Positions 56,485-64,000 of a stretch of DNA of 64,000 bases are shown piece after piece (positions within the stretch are counted from its first letter, which is position 1; each line of letters starts with the position of its first letter). A program made the position numbers and the translations under genes. Location: contig CALVEV010000037.1 in assembly GCA_944326685.1 (NCBI GenBank), forward strand, positions 21,211 through 85,210, written 5' to 3'. Origin of the DNA: Candidatus Gastranaerophilales bacterium (lineage in GTDB: Bacteria > Cyanobacteriota > Vampirovibrionia > Gastranaerophilales > Gastranaerophilaceae). The notes below the pieces were generated by a model, which did not search any database, was not told the origin of the DNA, and saw only the letters and a list, made by a program, of their open reading frames with translations.

Positions 56485-59139
56485 TTATACGATACCGTTG
56501 TATGCATCTGTATAAAGTTGTTTGATTTGATCCATTAATGGATATACAGGGTTTGCACCTGTGCATTGGTCATCGTATGCTAGTTCAACTAATTCATCAA
56601 GATTGTCGAAGAATTCTTTTTCGTCAACACCAAATTCTTTAATAGATTTTGGTAAGTTAACTTTTGTCATTAATTCATCAACTGCTTTAAGTAATAGTTC
56701 AACTTTTTCATCATCGTTTTTACCACCTAAACCAAGTTCATCAGCAATTTGTGCATATTTAGTTTTTGCACAAGGGAACTTGTATTGAGGGAAGATTGCT
56801 TGTTTCTTAGGTCTATCAGATGAATTGAATTTAATAATTTGTCTGATTAATAAAGCGTTAGCAACCCCGTGTGGAACGTGATACATAGCACCTAATTTGT
56901 GAGCCATAGAGTGGCATAATCCTAGGAATGAGTTAGCAAATGCCATACCAGCGATTGTAGCTGCATAGTGCATTTTTTCTCTAGCGATAGGATCGTTAGC
57001 ACCTTCTGTATAGCTTCTTTCTAAGTATCTGAAGATTAATTTTGTTGCTTCTAAAGCATTTGAATTTGTAAAGTTTGTAGCCATACAAGATACATATGCT
57101 TCAATAGCGTGAACTAATGCGTCGATACCAGATGCTGCTGTTAAACCTTTTGGCATTCCGTCAACGAAGTTAGGGTCGATGATTGCCATATTTGGTGTTA
57201 ATGCGTAATCTGCAATCGCATATTTAACGTGAGTTTCGTCATCTGTAATGATTGCGAATGGAGTTACTTCAGAACCTGTACCTGATGTTGTTGGGATTGC
57301 AACCATTGTTGCTTTTTTACCTAATTCAGGGATTGAACAAATTCTTTTTCTGATATCCATGAATCTCATAGAGATATCTTCAAAGTTTGTATCAGGTTGT
57401 TCATACATTAACCACATAATCTTAGCTGCATCCATTGGAGAACCACCACCTAATGAAATGAATACATCAGGTTCAAATGTTTTAACCATTGCCATAGCTT
57501 GATTAATTGTTGATAATGTTGGGTCTGGCTTAACATCAAAGAAGATTTGATATTCAACACCAATTTCATCTAATACATTGATAATGTTATTTACCGCACC
57601 TGAATCGAATAAGAATCTATCTGTTACGATAAATGCACGTTTTTTACCTTGAAGTTCACGAAGAGCTAAATCTGTAGCACCTCTTTTGAAGTAAACTTTA
57701 GAAGGAACTTTGAACCATAACATATTTTCTCTCCTTTCAGCAACGGTTTTGTAGTTCAATAAGTTTTCAACGCCAACGTTTCCTGATACAGCGTTACCAC
57801 CCCAAGAACCACAACCAAGAGTTAATGATGGTTCTAACTTGAAGTTGTATAAATCACCAATACCACCTTGAGATGATGGTGAGTTGATTAGAACTCTACA
57901 AGCAGGCATTTTTTCTGCATAAGAGTTGATTCTTTCTTTTGATCTTTCGTCTGTGTAAAGAACTGCTGTGTGACCAGCTCCACCTTTGCTTACTAATTCA
58001 TAAGCCATTTCAGCTGCTTGTTCAAAGTTTTTAGCTTTGTACATTGTTAAGATTGGTGATAATTTTTCTCTTGAGAATGGGTCTTCCCAATCTACTTTTG
58101 GTCTTTCAGCTAATAATACTTTTGAATCTTCTGGAATTTCAAATCCTGATAATTCAGCGATTTTGTGTGCGCTTTGACCAACAATTGCTGGGTGAGCTGT
58201 TCCACGTTTTGGATCGATAAATGGAAGATCCATCATTTTCTTTTCTTCAGCTGCATTTACTAAATATGCGCCTCTGTATTCAAATTCTTTTTTAACAGCT
58301 TCATATACACTTTCAACAACTACAACTGATTGTTCAGATGCACAAATCATACCGTTGTCGAATGTTTTAGACATAAGGATTGATGATACAGCCATTTTAA
58401 TATCTGCTGTTTCATCAATAATTGCAGATGTATTACCAGGGCCTACACCTAATGCTGGGTTTCCTGATGAATAAGCTGCTTTAACCATGCCAGGACCACC
58501 AGTTGCTAAGATACAATCAATTGATGGGTGGTTCATTAACATACTTGATAATTCAATTGATGGAACATCAATCCATCCGATAATATCTTCTGGAGCACCT
58601 GCTTTAACAGCAGCTTCTAAAACTATTTTAGCAGCTGCAATTGTACAAGCTTTTGCTCTAGGGTGTGGTGAGAAGATAATTGCATTTCTTGTTTTTAAAG
58701 CAATTAATGATTTGAATATTGCAGTTGATGTTGGGTTTGTTGTAGGGATGATACCTGCTAAAACACCTAGAGGTTCTGCAAATATTTTTGTTCCATTAAC
58801 TTTATCTTCTTTGATAATTCCACAAGTTTTTGCATTTTTATGTTTGTTATAAATATATTCTGATGCAAAGTGGTTTTTAATAATTTTATCTTCTAAAACA
58901 CCCATTCCTGTTTCTTCTACTGCCATTCTAGCAAGAGGGATACGTGCTTTATCTGCTGCTGTAGCTGCTGCTTTAAATATTGCATCTACTTTTTCTTGTG
59001 AGTATGTTGAAAAAATTCTTTGAGCTTTTTTAACCTTTTGAATTAAGATTTCTAAAGATTCTGGTGTCTCAACTAAAGAACTTGCAGCCAAGTCTTTTTC
59101 TAATTTTTCAACTTTTTCACTTTTAGTGGTTTTTGGCAT
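56485..59139 (-). CDS. adhE: bifunctional acetaldehyde-CoA/alcohol dehydrogenase
   Basis: 884 aa. N-terminal ALDH domain (GMGV.EDK, catalytic MICASEQS) fused to an iron-ADH domain (GGGSPMDAAK, HSMAHKLG...HG). Confidence 0.95.
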   Translation of the reverse strand: MPKTTKSEKVEKLEKDLAASSLVETPESLEILIQKVKKAQRIFSTYSQEKVDAIFKAAATAADKARIPLARMAVEETGMGVLEDKIIKNHFASEYIYNKHKNAKTCGIIKEDKVNGTKIFAEPLGVLAGIIPTTNPTSTAIFKSLIALKTRNAIIFSPHPRAKACTIAAAKIVLEAAVKAGAPEDIIGWIDVPSIELSSMLMNHPSIDCILATGGPGMVKAAYSSGNPALGVGPGNTSAIIDETADIKMAVSSILMSKTFDNGMICASEQSVVVVESVYEAVKKEFEYRGAYLVNAAEEKKMMDLPFIDPKRGTAHPAIVGQSAHKIAELSGFEIPEDSKVLLAERPKVDWEDPFSREKLSPILTMYKAKNFEQAAEMAYELVSKGGAGHTAVLYTDERSKERINSYAEKMPACRVLINSPSSQGGIGDLYNFKLEPSLTLGCGSWGGNAVSGNVGVENLLNYKTVAERRENMLWFKVPSKVYFKRGATDLALRELQGKKRAFIVTDRFLFDSGAVNNIINVLDEIGVEYQIFFDVKPDPTLSTINQAMAMVKTFEPDVFISLGGGSPMDAAKIMWLMYEQPDTNFEDISMRFMDIRKRICSIPELGKKATMVAIPTTSGTGSEVTPFAIITDDETHVKYAIADYALTPNMAIIDPNFVDGMPKGLTAASGIDALVHAIEAYVSCMATNFTNSNALEATKLIFRYLERSYTEGANDPIAREKMHYAATIAGMAFANSFLGLCHSMAHKLGAMYHVPHGVANALLIRQIIKFNSSDRPKKQAIFPQYKFPCAKTKYAQIADELGLGGKNDDEKVELLLKAVDELMTKVNLPKSIKEFGVDEKEFFDNLDELVELAYDDQCTGANPVYPLMDQIKQLYTDAYNGIV

Positions 59140-59199
59140 TTCTAATCTCCTTTATTCTATTACCAATTTATTTAAAGTATGAACATAATTTTTTTTTTG

Positions 59200-59216
59200 A
59201 TATTGTGATTTTTACA
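59200..59216. repeat. arm 1 of a 17-nt inverted repeat in the adhE upstream region
   Basis: ATATTGTGATTTTTACA. Its partner at 59330-59346 is the reverse complement with 16/17 identity. Confidence 0.8.
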
Positions 59217-59329
59217 CTTATTAATTATCGTACATCTAAAAACTTTTATGTCAAACAAGATTCTTGTAAATATTGAAAATTTTATATTTTCTTTATATTT
59301 AGAACATTCTTTATTTTGAATTTTATTGT

Positions 59330-59346
59330 TGTAAAAATCACGATAT
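59330..59346. repeat. arm 2 of the 17-nt inverted repeat in the adhE upstream region
   Basis: TGTAAAAATCACGATAT, which is the reverse complement of ATATCGTGATTTTTACA. 113-nt spacer between the arms. Confidence 0.8.
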
Positions 59347-59404
59347 TTGTGTAGCAAAAAATATTTTTATGCTTTTTAGAATATTATACTAAGGAGATTT
59401 ATTT

Positions 59405-59803
59405 ATGTTTAAAGTATCAACTCAATCATTCAATACTATTCAAAAATTAAAAAATATGACTTCTCTTAAAGGTAAAGTAGCAAATCATTTTGCGAAATCA
59501 TTAGTAGAAAGTGGCTATCCAACAGTTTATCAACGAAACTTAAAAGGTGATGTTGTGGCTCTTATGGGGAAAAATTCTTCAGGAGATACTAAAACATTTC
59601 TTTTATCAGGTTATGGATTTAGTGTAAAAACTAATAAAATAAAACCTGTAACTGAACATACTGCTGTTAGAGAAATAGATAAATCTGAATTTAATCAATT
59701 TGGTGAAGAAATTTCTGGTTTAAAAAAAATACAGCGATTAATTAATAAACATATATTTGATACTAAAATTGAAAAACGTGGTTGGGTTGGTGTAAATAAT
59801 TAA
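59405..59803 (+). CDS. hypothetical protein
   Basis: 132-aa ORF with a GGAG SD. Its stop overlaps the stop of the convergent deaminase gene. No family recognised. Confidence 0.4.
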   Translation: MFKVSTQSFNTIQKLKNMTSLKGKVANHFAKSLVESGYPTVYQRNLKGDVVALMGKNSSGDTKTFLLSGYGFSVKTNKIKPVTEHTAVREIDKSEFNQFGEEISGLKKIQRLINKHIFDTKIEKRGWVGVNN

Positions 59804-60435
59804 TTTTCGCAACGATGTGGTTTGTATATCTTTTTACCTTCAGAAACATATTCTGTTAAGATTTTCTTTCCAAAATCTTGTTCAATACCTCCATAGACAT
59901 TAATCCCGCGTTTTTTAAATTGAGTAATCCAATCAGGTTTGAATCCTTCATCAAAACCTGTTATAGATTCAACATCTTTTGAATATACACTGAAATATAC
60001 ATTTTTTATTCCTGACCACATTATGCCACCTGCACACATTATACAAGGCTCTGCTGTAACATATATGCTAAGATTATATGGTGCTAAATCATATGTTTTT
60101 AATTTCTTTTGAGCAAGCCTAATCGCATTCATCTCAGCATGATTAGTGCAATCACAAGAAGGAATAACACTATTTTGCGCTTTTGCGATTAAATTTCCTT
60201 TATCATCATAAATTGCTGCTAAAAATGGACCATAGTTGTTATTAAATTGTTTAGGTGTTTCTTTTTGTAATTGGTATAAGATTTTTTTTGCGTGTTCATA
60301 TTGAGATTTTGTCATTTGTGAATTTGATTTGATGTTTAAACTTTCTAAATCTACATATTCATCTTTTGCAAAAACACTTAAACCTAATACTATGCATATA
60401 AAAATTGCAAAAAATTTTATTTTTTTATAGTCCAT
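59800..60435 (-). CDS. CDA-fold (cytosine/guanine-deaminase-like) zinc deaminase with N-terminal signal peptide or anchor
   Basis: HAEMNAIR and EPCIMCAGGI zinc motifs. GFDEGF and RGINVYGG tail resemble the GuaD/Fcy1-type subgroup. N-terminus KIKFFAIFICIVLGLSVFA-KDE is hydrophobic. Confidence 0.7.
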   Translation of the reverse strand: MDYKKIKFFAIFICIVLGLSVFAKDEYVDLESLNIKSNSQMTKSQYEHAKKILYQLQKETPKQFNNNYGPFLAAIYDDKGNLIAKAQNSVIPSCDCTNHAEMNAIRLAQKKLKTYDLAPYNLSIYVTAEPCIMCAGGIMWSGIKNVYFSVYSKDVESITGFDEGFKPDWITQFKKRGINVYGGIEQDFGKKILTEYVSEGKKIYKPHRCEN

Positions 60436-60619
60436 TTCTTTTTCTTTCTAGTAACATTTTTATAATATCTTTTTTATATTCAAATTCTGATTTCTTTTCT
60501 TTGAACATTCCTTCTTTTCCACCTTTTAGGTATGATTGAATTTGCCCTGCAAGTTTTGCTTTATCAATATTTTTAGCAAATTCTTCTATCATATTGTTAT
60601 TTTCTTCATTATCTTGCAT
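60425..60619 (-). CDS. small hypothetical protein
   Basis: 64-aa charged ORF overlapping the deaminase start by 11 nt. Confidence 0.3.
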   Translation of the reverse strand: MQDNEENNNMIEEFAKNIDKAKLAGQIQSYLKGGKEGMFKEKKSEFEYKKDIIKMLLERKRNGL

Positions 60620-60698
60620 ATTAAATACCTCAAATAAATTTAATTATAGTAATTTTATTATTAATTTTCAATATTTTTATTCAAATAATAAATTTTAA

Positions 60699-61520
60699 TT
60701 ATTTTTCTATATTAATTGTTCTTTGTGGGAATGGTATTTCTATTCCTAATTCATCAAATTTTTCTTTTATTTTTAGATTAAATGCTCGACCTACTTCCCA
60801 TTGTTTAATTGGAGCTGTTTTGAATCTTGCTCTTATAATAATTGCAGAATCGTCAAATTTTTCCAGCCCTAATATTTCTAAGGGAGCTAGTATATATTCT
60901 TTTTCAGGAGAATTTTCTCTAAAATTTTCTCCAAGTTCTCTAAGTACAGAGATTACATAATCAATATTTTCTTTATATGCAACTCCTATATCAAAAACAT
61001 AATAAGAATAATCTCTTGTATAATTTATAACTGTATCAATCATTCCATTTCTAATATAGTGAACTCGACCTTGTAAATCTCTTAGTTTTACTAATTTAAT
61101 ATCAGCTTTTTCAACAACACCTTTGTGATCTGCAATTTCAACATAGTCTCCAACTCTAATTTGTCCTTCCAGTAGAAGTGAAAAACCTGTTATTATATCT
61201 TCGAAAAATCTTTTTGCACCAAAACCAACTGCAACACCTAAAACTCCTGCAGCTGTTAGGATTGGTCTTATATCTATACCTAAGTTGTTAAGTATAAACA
61301 TAATTGCAAAAATTACGATTATAGTATCTGCGATTGATTTAAAAATAGATTTTAGTGTGAATAATTGTTTTTTTAATTCAAAATCATCTTTGTATTTTGT
61401 AATTTTTGTAATAAATTTGTCGATTAAAAGATTTGAAAATTTAATAACTGCATAGAAAAATACAAGATGAACAATTGTCATAAACCATTTTTCATTTATA
61501 AAATTAGATGTATCTAGCAT
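60699..61520 (-). CDS. small-conductance mechanosensitive channel (MscS family)
   Basis: Three TM helices, then ITGFSLLLEGQIRVGDYVEI....G.V..I.....KLR...G. 273 aa. Confidence 0.82.
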   Translation of the reverse strand: MLDTSNFINEKWFMTIVHLVFFYAVIKFSNLLIDKFITKITKYKDDFELKKQLFTLKSIFKSIADTIIVIFAIMFILNNLGIDIRPILTAAGVLGVAVGFGAKRFFEDIITGFSLLLEGQIRVGDYVEIADHKGVVEKADIKLVKLRDLQGRVHYIRNGMIDTVINYTRDYSYYVFDIGVAYKENIDYVISVLRELGENFRENSPEKEYILAPLEILGLEKFDDSAIIIRARFKTAPIKQWEVGRAFNLKIKEKFDELGIEIPFPQRTINIEK

Positions 61521-61549
61521 TATGAATTCCTTTATTTTCTGTTTGATTT

Positions 61550-62494
61550 TTATAAATTAAAGATTTGTAAAATTAAACCTATAACTATACTAATACATAA
61601 TAATATAGATATAATTTTTGTACTATCTTGTAAATTTTTATTATCTTTAAAAAGTATAAGAATTCCGAGTCCTGCATTTGATAGTAAACCAGCAATAACA
61701 GAGCTAAAATTTAAAGTTCCATTAATTAACAACATTGTTAAACCTACAGATATTGCACAATTAGGGATAAGTCCAATAATACTAGTGAATACAGGTGCAA
61801 AATACTTAAGATTGTGGAATAAATTGTGTATAAATGAATATTTAAGACATATATTAATAAAGAAATTTAATAAAATTGTAATGAGTAAGATAAATGAAAA
61901 AATATTTATAGTGTGTTTAATAGGGTGTATTATTAATTCTTTAGAGTGTCTTTCATCAATAGAATGATGGCAACAGCCAGAATGCTCTTCTATATTTTCT
62001 TTTATTGGAATGTATTTATTATCTTTAAGAATAAAGTCAATTAAGTATCCTGCAGAAATAGCAACAAGTATTTTAATAGAAATAATTGGAATAATATAGT
62101 GCAGTGTATTAGGTTGTGATAGTAATATTGGGATTGCTTCATCAGATGTTGCAAGGTATATTGCAATTAGTGCTCCTTTTGTTAAATATCTTTTAAAATA
62201 TAATGATGTTGCGATTATAGAAAAACCACATTGAGGAATGATTGCTAATGTACTGCCTAATAAAATTGAATATTTTTCAGATGTTTTGATTAAGTTATTA
62301 ATCTTATTCGCCAAAAAATATTCTACTATTTCAATAATTACAAATACAACAAATAAAAAAGGTAGAATATGTAAACTATCTAGTATTGCATCAGTAAACC
62401 ATTCAGGAAGGTAAATCGATGTGATATAGTTGTCTAAATTACTAAATATTTTTTCATTAATAGAATTGTAGAAATTTAAAAATTGAATAATCAT
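61550..62494 (-). CDS. polytopic membrane protein, ArsP_2 / 'putative manganese transporter'-like (tentative)
   Basis: About 10 hydrophobic segments in two halves, separated by a cytoplasmic loop carrying EEHSGCCHHSIDERH (metal-ligand-rich). The family name is from memory only. Confidence 0.4.
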   Translation of the reverse strand: MIIQFLNFYNSINEKIFSNLDNYITSIYLPEWFTDAILDSLHILPFLFVVFVIIEIVEYFLANKINNLIKTSEKYSILLGSTLAIIPQCGFSIIATSLYFKRYLTKGALIAIYLATSDEAIPILLSQPNTLHYIIPIISIKILVAISAGYLIDFILKDNKYIPIKENIEEHSGCCHHSIDERHSKELIIHPIKHTINIFSFILLITILLNFFINICLKYSFIHNLFHNLKYFAPVFTSIIGLIPNCAISVGLTMLLINGTLNFSSVIAGLLSNAGLGILILFKDNKNLQDSTKIISILLCISIVIGLILQIFNL

Positions 62495-62575
62495 AAACTA
62501 ATGATATTATTTATGTGTTAAAAATTCAATCTAAAAAGTTGTATATAAATCTACATTATTATTAAATATTTGATT

Positions 62576-64000
62576 TTATATTGCATTTTTATAATATTCG
62601 TCAATAAAATATTTTTTAAATGATTCAGGTTGTAAATGCATAGCAACAGTATCTAAATTTCCGTGAGGGATTGTTTTCATTCCTGCTCTTTTTAATAATG
62701 TATTTATTTCATTCATAAATAAAGAGTTATTTATTTGACTGTATGGTCTTGCATTCGCTGCATATTGATAGTGTTCTGCAATTTTTGCTAAAAATTGTTT
62801 TTCTGTCGCACCATTTGCTATTAAATCTAATGCTTCTTGTGCAGTTCTATGCATTTCTTTGTAATAGTGATTAAGCCCCATACCATCAGGATAGAAATGT
62901 TGGGTTCCAAAATCTTGTGGTAAATATTCTTTAGGTATACCTTTTAATTTTACAGTAGAACCACTATTACTTGTTCTATATGAATCACCATATCTTAATG
63001 CAATGTTTTCAGATAATTCAGCTGTTTCAACTCTATTATTTCTTAGAGAACCTTTTCCTCTTATAACTCCTGCATCTACTCCAAGACTTCCTTGACCAAC
63101 TGATGAATACCAATCAATATTCCCGTTTTTACCTTTTGCAGAAATAACATGCATTTGATTTATTGTTTCAATATAAGAATTAAGGTCTCTAGTATATGCT
63201 CCTGATAATATTGATTCATTCATAAATTCACGTGCGTCTTGAGAAGCTTGAATATATCTAGAATCTATATTTTTCCCATTATTACCTTTAACTCTTACTA
63301 ATTCATCAGGAATTAAATTATTAATTTCATCTGAATTATTCATTTTAACTCTTGGTCTGGTATCAAGATTTATTGATTTAGCTTTTGTGTGTAATTTTTC
63401 TAATAAATCGTTCATTACGTCTTTAGTTGAAGCAAAAGCTGTTTGTATTTTATTTTTTATAGTTGTAAAATCAACAATTGTTTTTAAGTTATTAATTCCA
63501 TCTATAACTGATTCATAAACCGCATATAAACTATCTCCTAATTTTGATTTTAAGCTTTTGTTAGGTTTAATATCTCCAACATTTTGAGCTTCTTCGATAT
63601 TAATCTTGTTATTAATTCCTAAGTTATCAAGGTCTGTCTTATTAACCTTAATAGCTGATGCGTTTGCAAAACTCATAGAACCTGTTTGTTCAATTTTTCC
63701 ATTTCTCATTGTTAAAAAATAAGTATTTTCACCATCTGTGATAGTTATACTTTCTCCTTCTGACAAATTATTTAGACTTTCTTTTAATTTTTCATTTTTA
63801 ATATTTTCAAATTTATTATTTGAAGTTTTATTTGATTGAACTTTATTTCTATAGGCTTCATCAAATTTTACTTGTTCTTCTGTAGATAATGTATTTCTAT
63901 ATGCTTCTAGTTCTTCAGCTGTTTTAAATTCATCTATTTTTTTTGAGTAATCTACAGAGGCCGTTTCTATATGTGAAGAGTTTTGGCTATTATTTACAAT
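62576..64000 (-). CDS. hypothetical N/K-rich protein, 5'-partial (frame open to the window end); C-terminus tentatively degenerate Fic-like
   Basis: The track lists 62576..63766 from a TTG. I translated 63767-64000 in the same frame (78 codons: IVNNSQNSSHIETASVDYSKKIDEFKTAEELEAYRN...) and found no stop, so the gene very likely starts beyond the window. Confidence 0.5.
   Translation of the reverse strand: MVNNSQNSSHIETASVDYSKKIDEFKTAEELEAYRNTLSTEEQVKFDEAYRNKVQSNKTSNNKFENIKNEKLKESLNNLSEGESITITDGENTYFLTMRNGKIEQTGSMSFANASAIKVNKTDLDNLGINNKINIEEAQNVGDIKPNKSLKSKLGDSLYAVYESVIDGINNLKTIVDFTTIKNKIQTAFASTKDVMNDLLEKLHTKAKSINLDTRPRVKMNNSDEINNLIPDELVRVKGNNGKNIDSRYIQASQDAREFMNESILSGAYTRDLNSYIETINQMHVISAKGKNGNIDWYSSVGQGSLGVDAGVIRGKGSLRNNRVETAELSENIALRYGDSYRTSNSGSTVKLKGIPKEYLPQDFGTQHFYPDGMGLNHYYKEMHRTAQEALDLIANGATEKQFLAKIAEHYQYAANARPYSQINNSLFMNEINTLLKRAGMKTIPHGNLDTVAMHLQPESFKKYFIDEYYKNAI

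Noticed and set aside
59200-59216. Canonical Rex operators (TTGTGAA-N4-TTCACAA or TTGTTAA-N4-TTAACAA) upstream of adhE, hydC, rex, pckA and ppdK.
   Set aside because: Only isolated half-sites (TTGTGA/TCACAA) are present. I found no complete 18-bp box by eye. A PWM scan would be needed to say more.
59172-59357. 61-aa minus-strand ORF upstream of adhE.
   Set aside because: It sits in the adhE promoter/leader region, has no SD and gives a K/N/I-rich translation. The region is better explained by the promoter and the 17-nt inverted repeat.

Overview
This is an AT-rich bacterial chromosomal window, almost fully coding, with about 75 supportable genes. No rRNA, CRISPR array, transposase, integrase or obvious prophage is visible.

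**Likely organism (inference).** The gene content points to an anaerobic, fermentative diderm. There is an LPS gene (kdsB), a TonB-ExbB-ExbD2 system, an SLH-domain envelope protein, a trimeric NuoE/NuoF-type [FeFe]-hydrogenase, AdhE, PPDK and PckA. A very cyanobacterial-looking RpaB/Ycf27-type response regulator is also present. My inference is a non-photosynthetic cyanobacterial sibling lineage (Melainabacteria/Vampirovibrionia-like). I cannot verify this without a database search.

**Housekeeping genes.**
- tig (partial), accD, accA, prmA, ybaK, kdsB, rpaB-like, tRNA-His
- hydCBA, pckA, ppdK, map, adk, gyrB
- rbfA, truB, a class I/II aminotransferase, a GH57 enzyme, glnA, galE
- a MalG-like permease, a FliA/SigF-type sigma factor, an MscS channel

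**Most interesting content.**
1. An 8-kb co-directional block reads adhE-(terminator)-rex-[2Fe-2S]-sensory HydS(PAS)-PP2C phosphatase-[2Fe-2S]-second [FeFe]-hydrogenase. This is an hfs-type H2/redox-sensing module physically fused to its presumed target gene.
2. An operon places two paralogous exported proteins directly upstream of tonB-exbB-exbD-exbD. A third copy of the same domain is fused to a Cys-rich 3xSLH protein about 5 kb away.
3. A dispersed set of N/K-rich ORFans lacks signal peptides but carries recognisable enzyme modules. These include:
   - a zeta-toxin-like P-loop kinase, a GH73 glucosaminidase and an S8-like peptidase
   - two CX5R phosphatases and a truncated protein-kinase-like fold
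   - a possible RelE-like module and a possible degenerate Fic-like module
4. An ~890-codon reading frame is split by a single in-frame TAA.
5. A hicB-hicA pair sits next to a divergent XRE gene, with two perfect 12-bp palindromes in the shared intergenic region.

**Limits.** All domain calls rest on motifs I recognised by eye in the supplied translations. None was checked by search.
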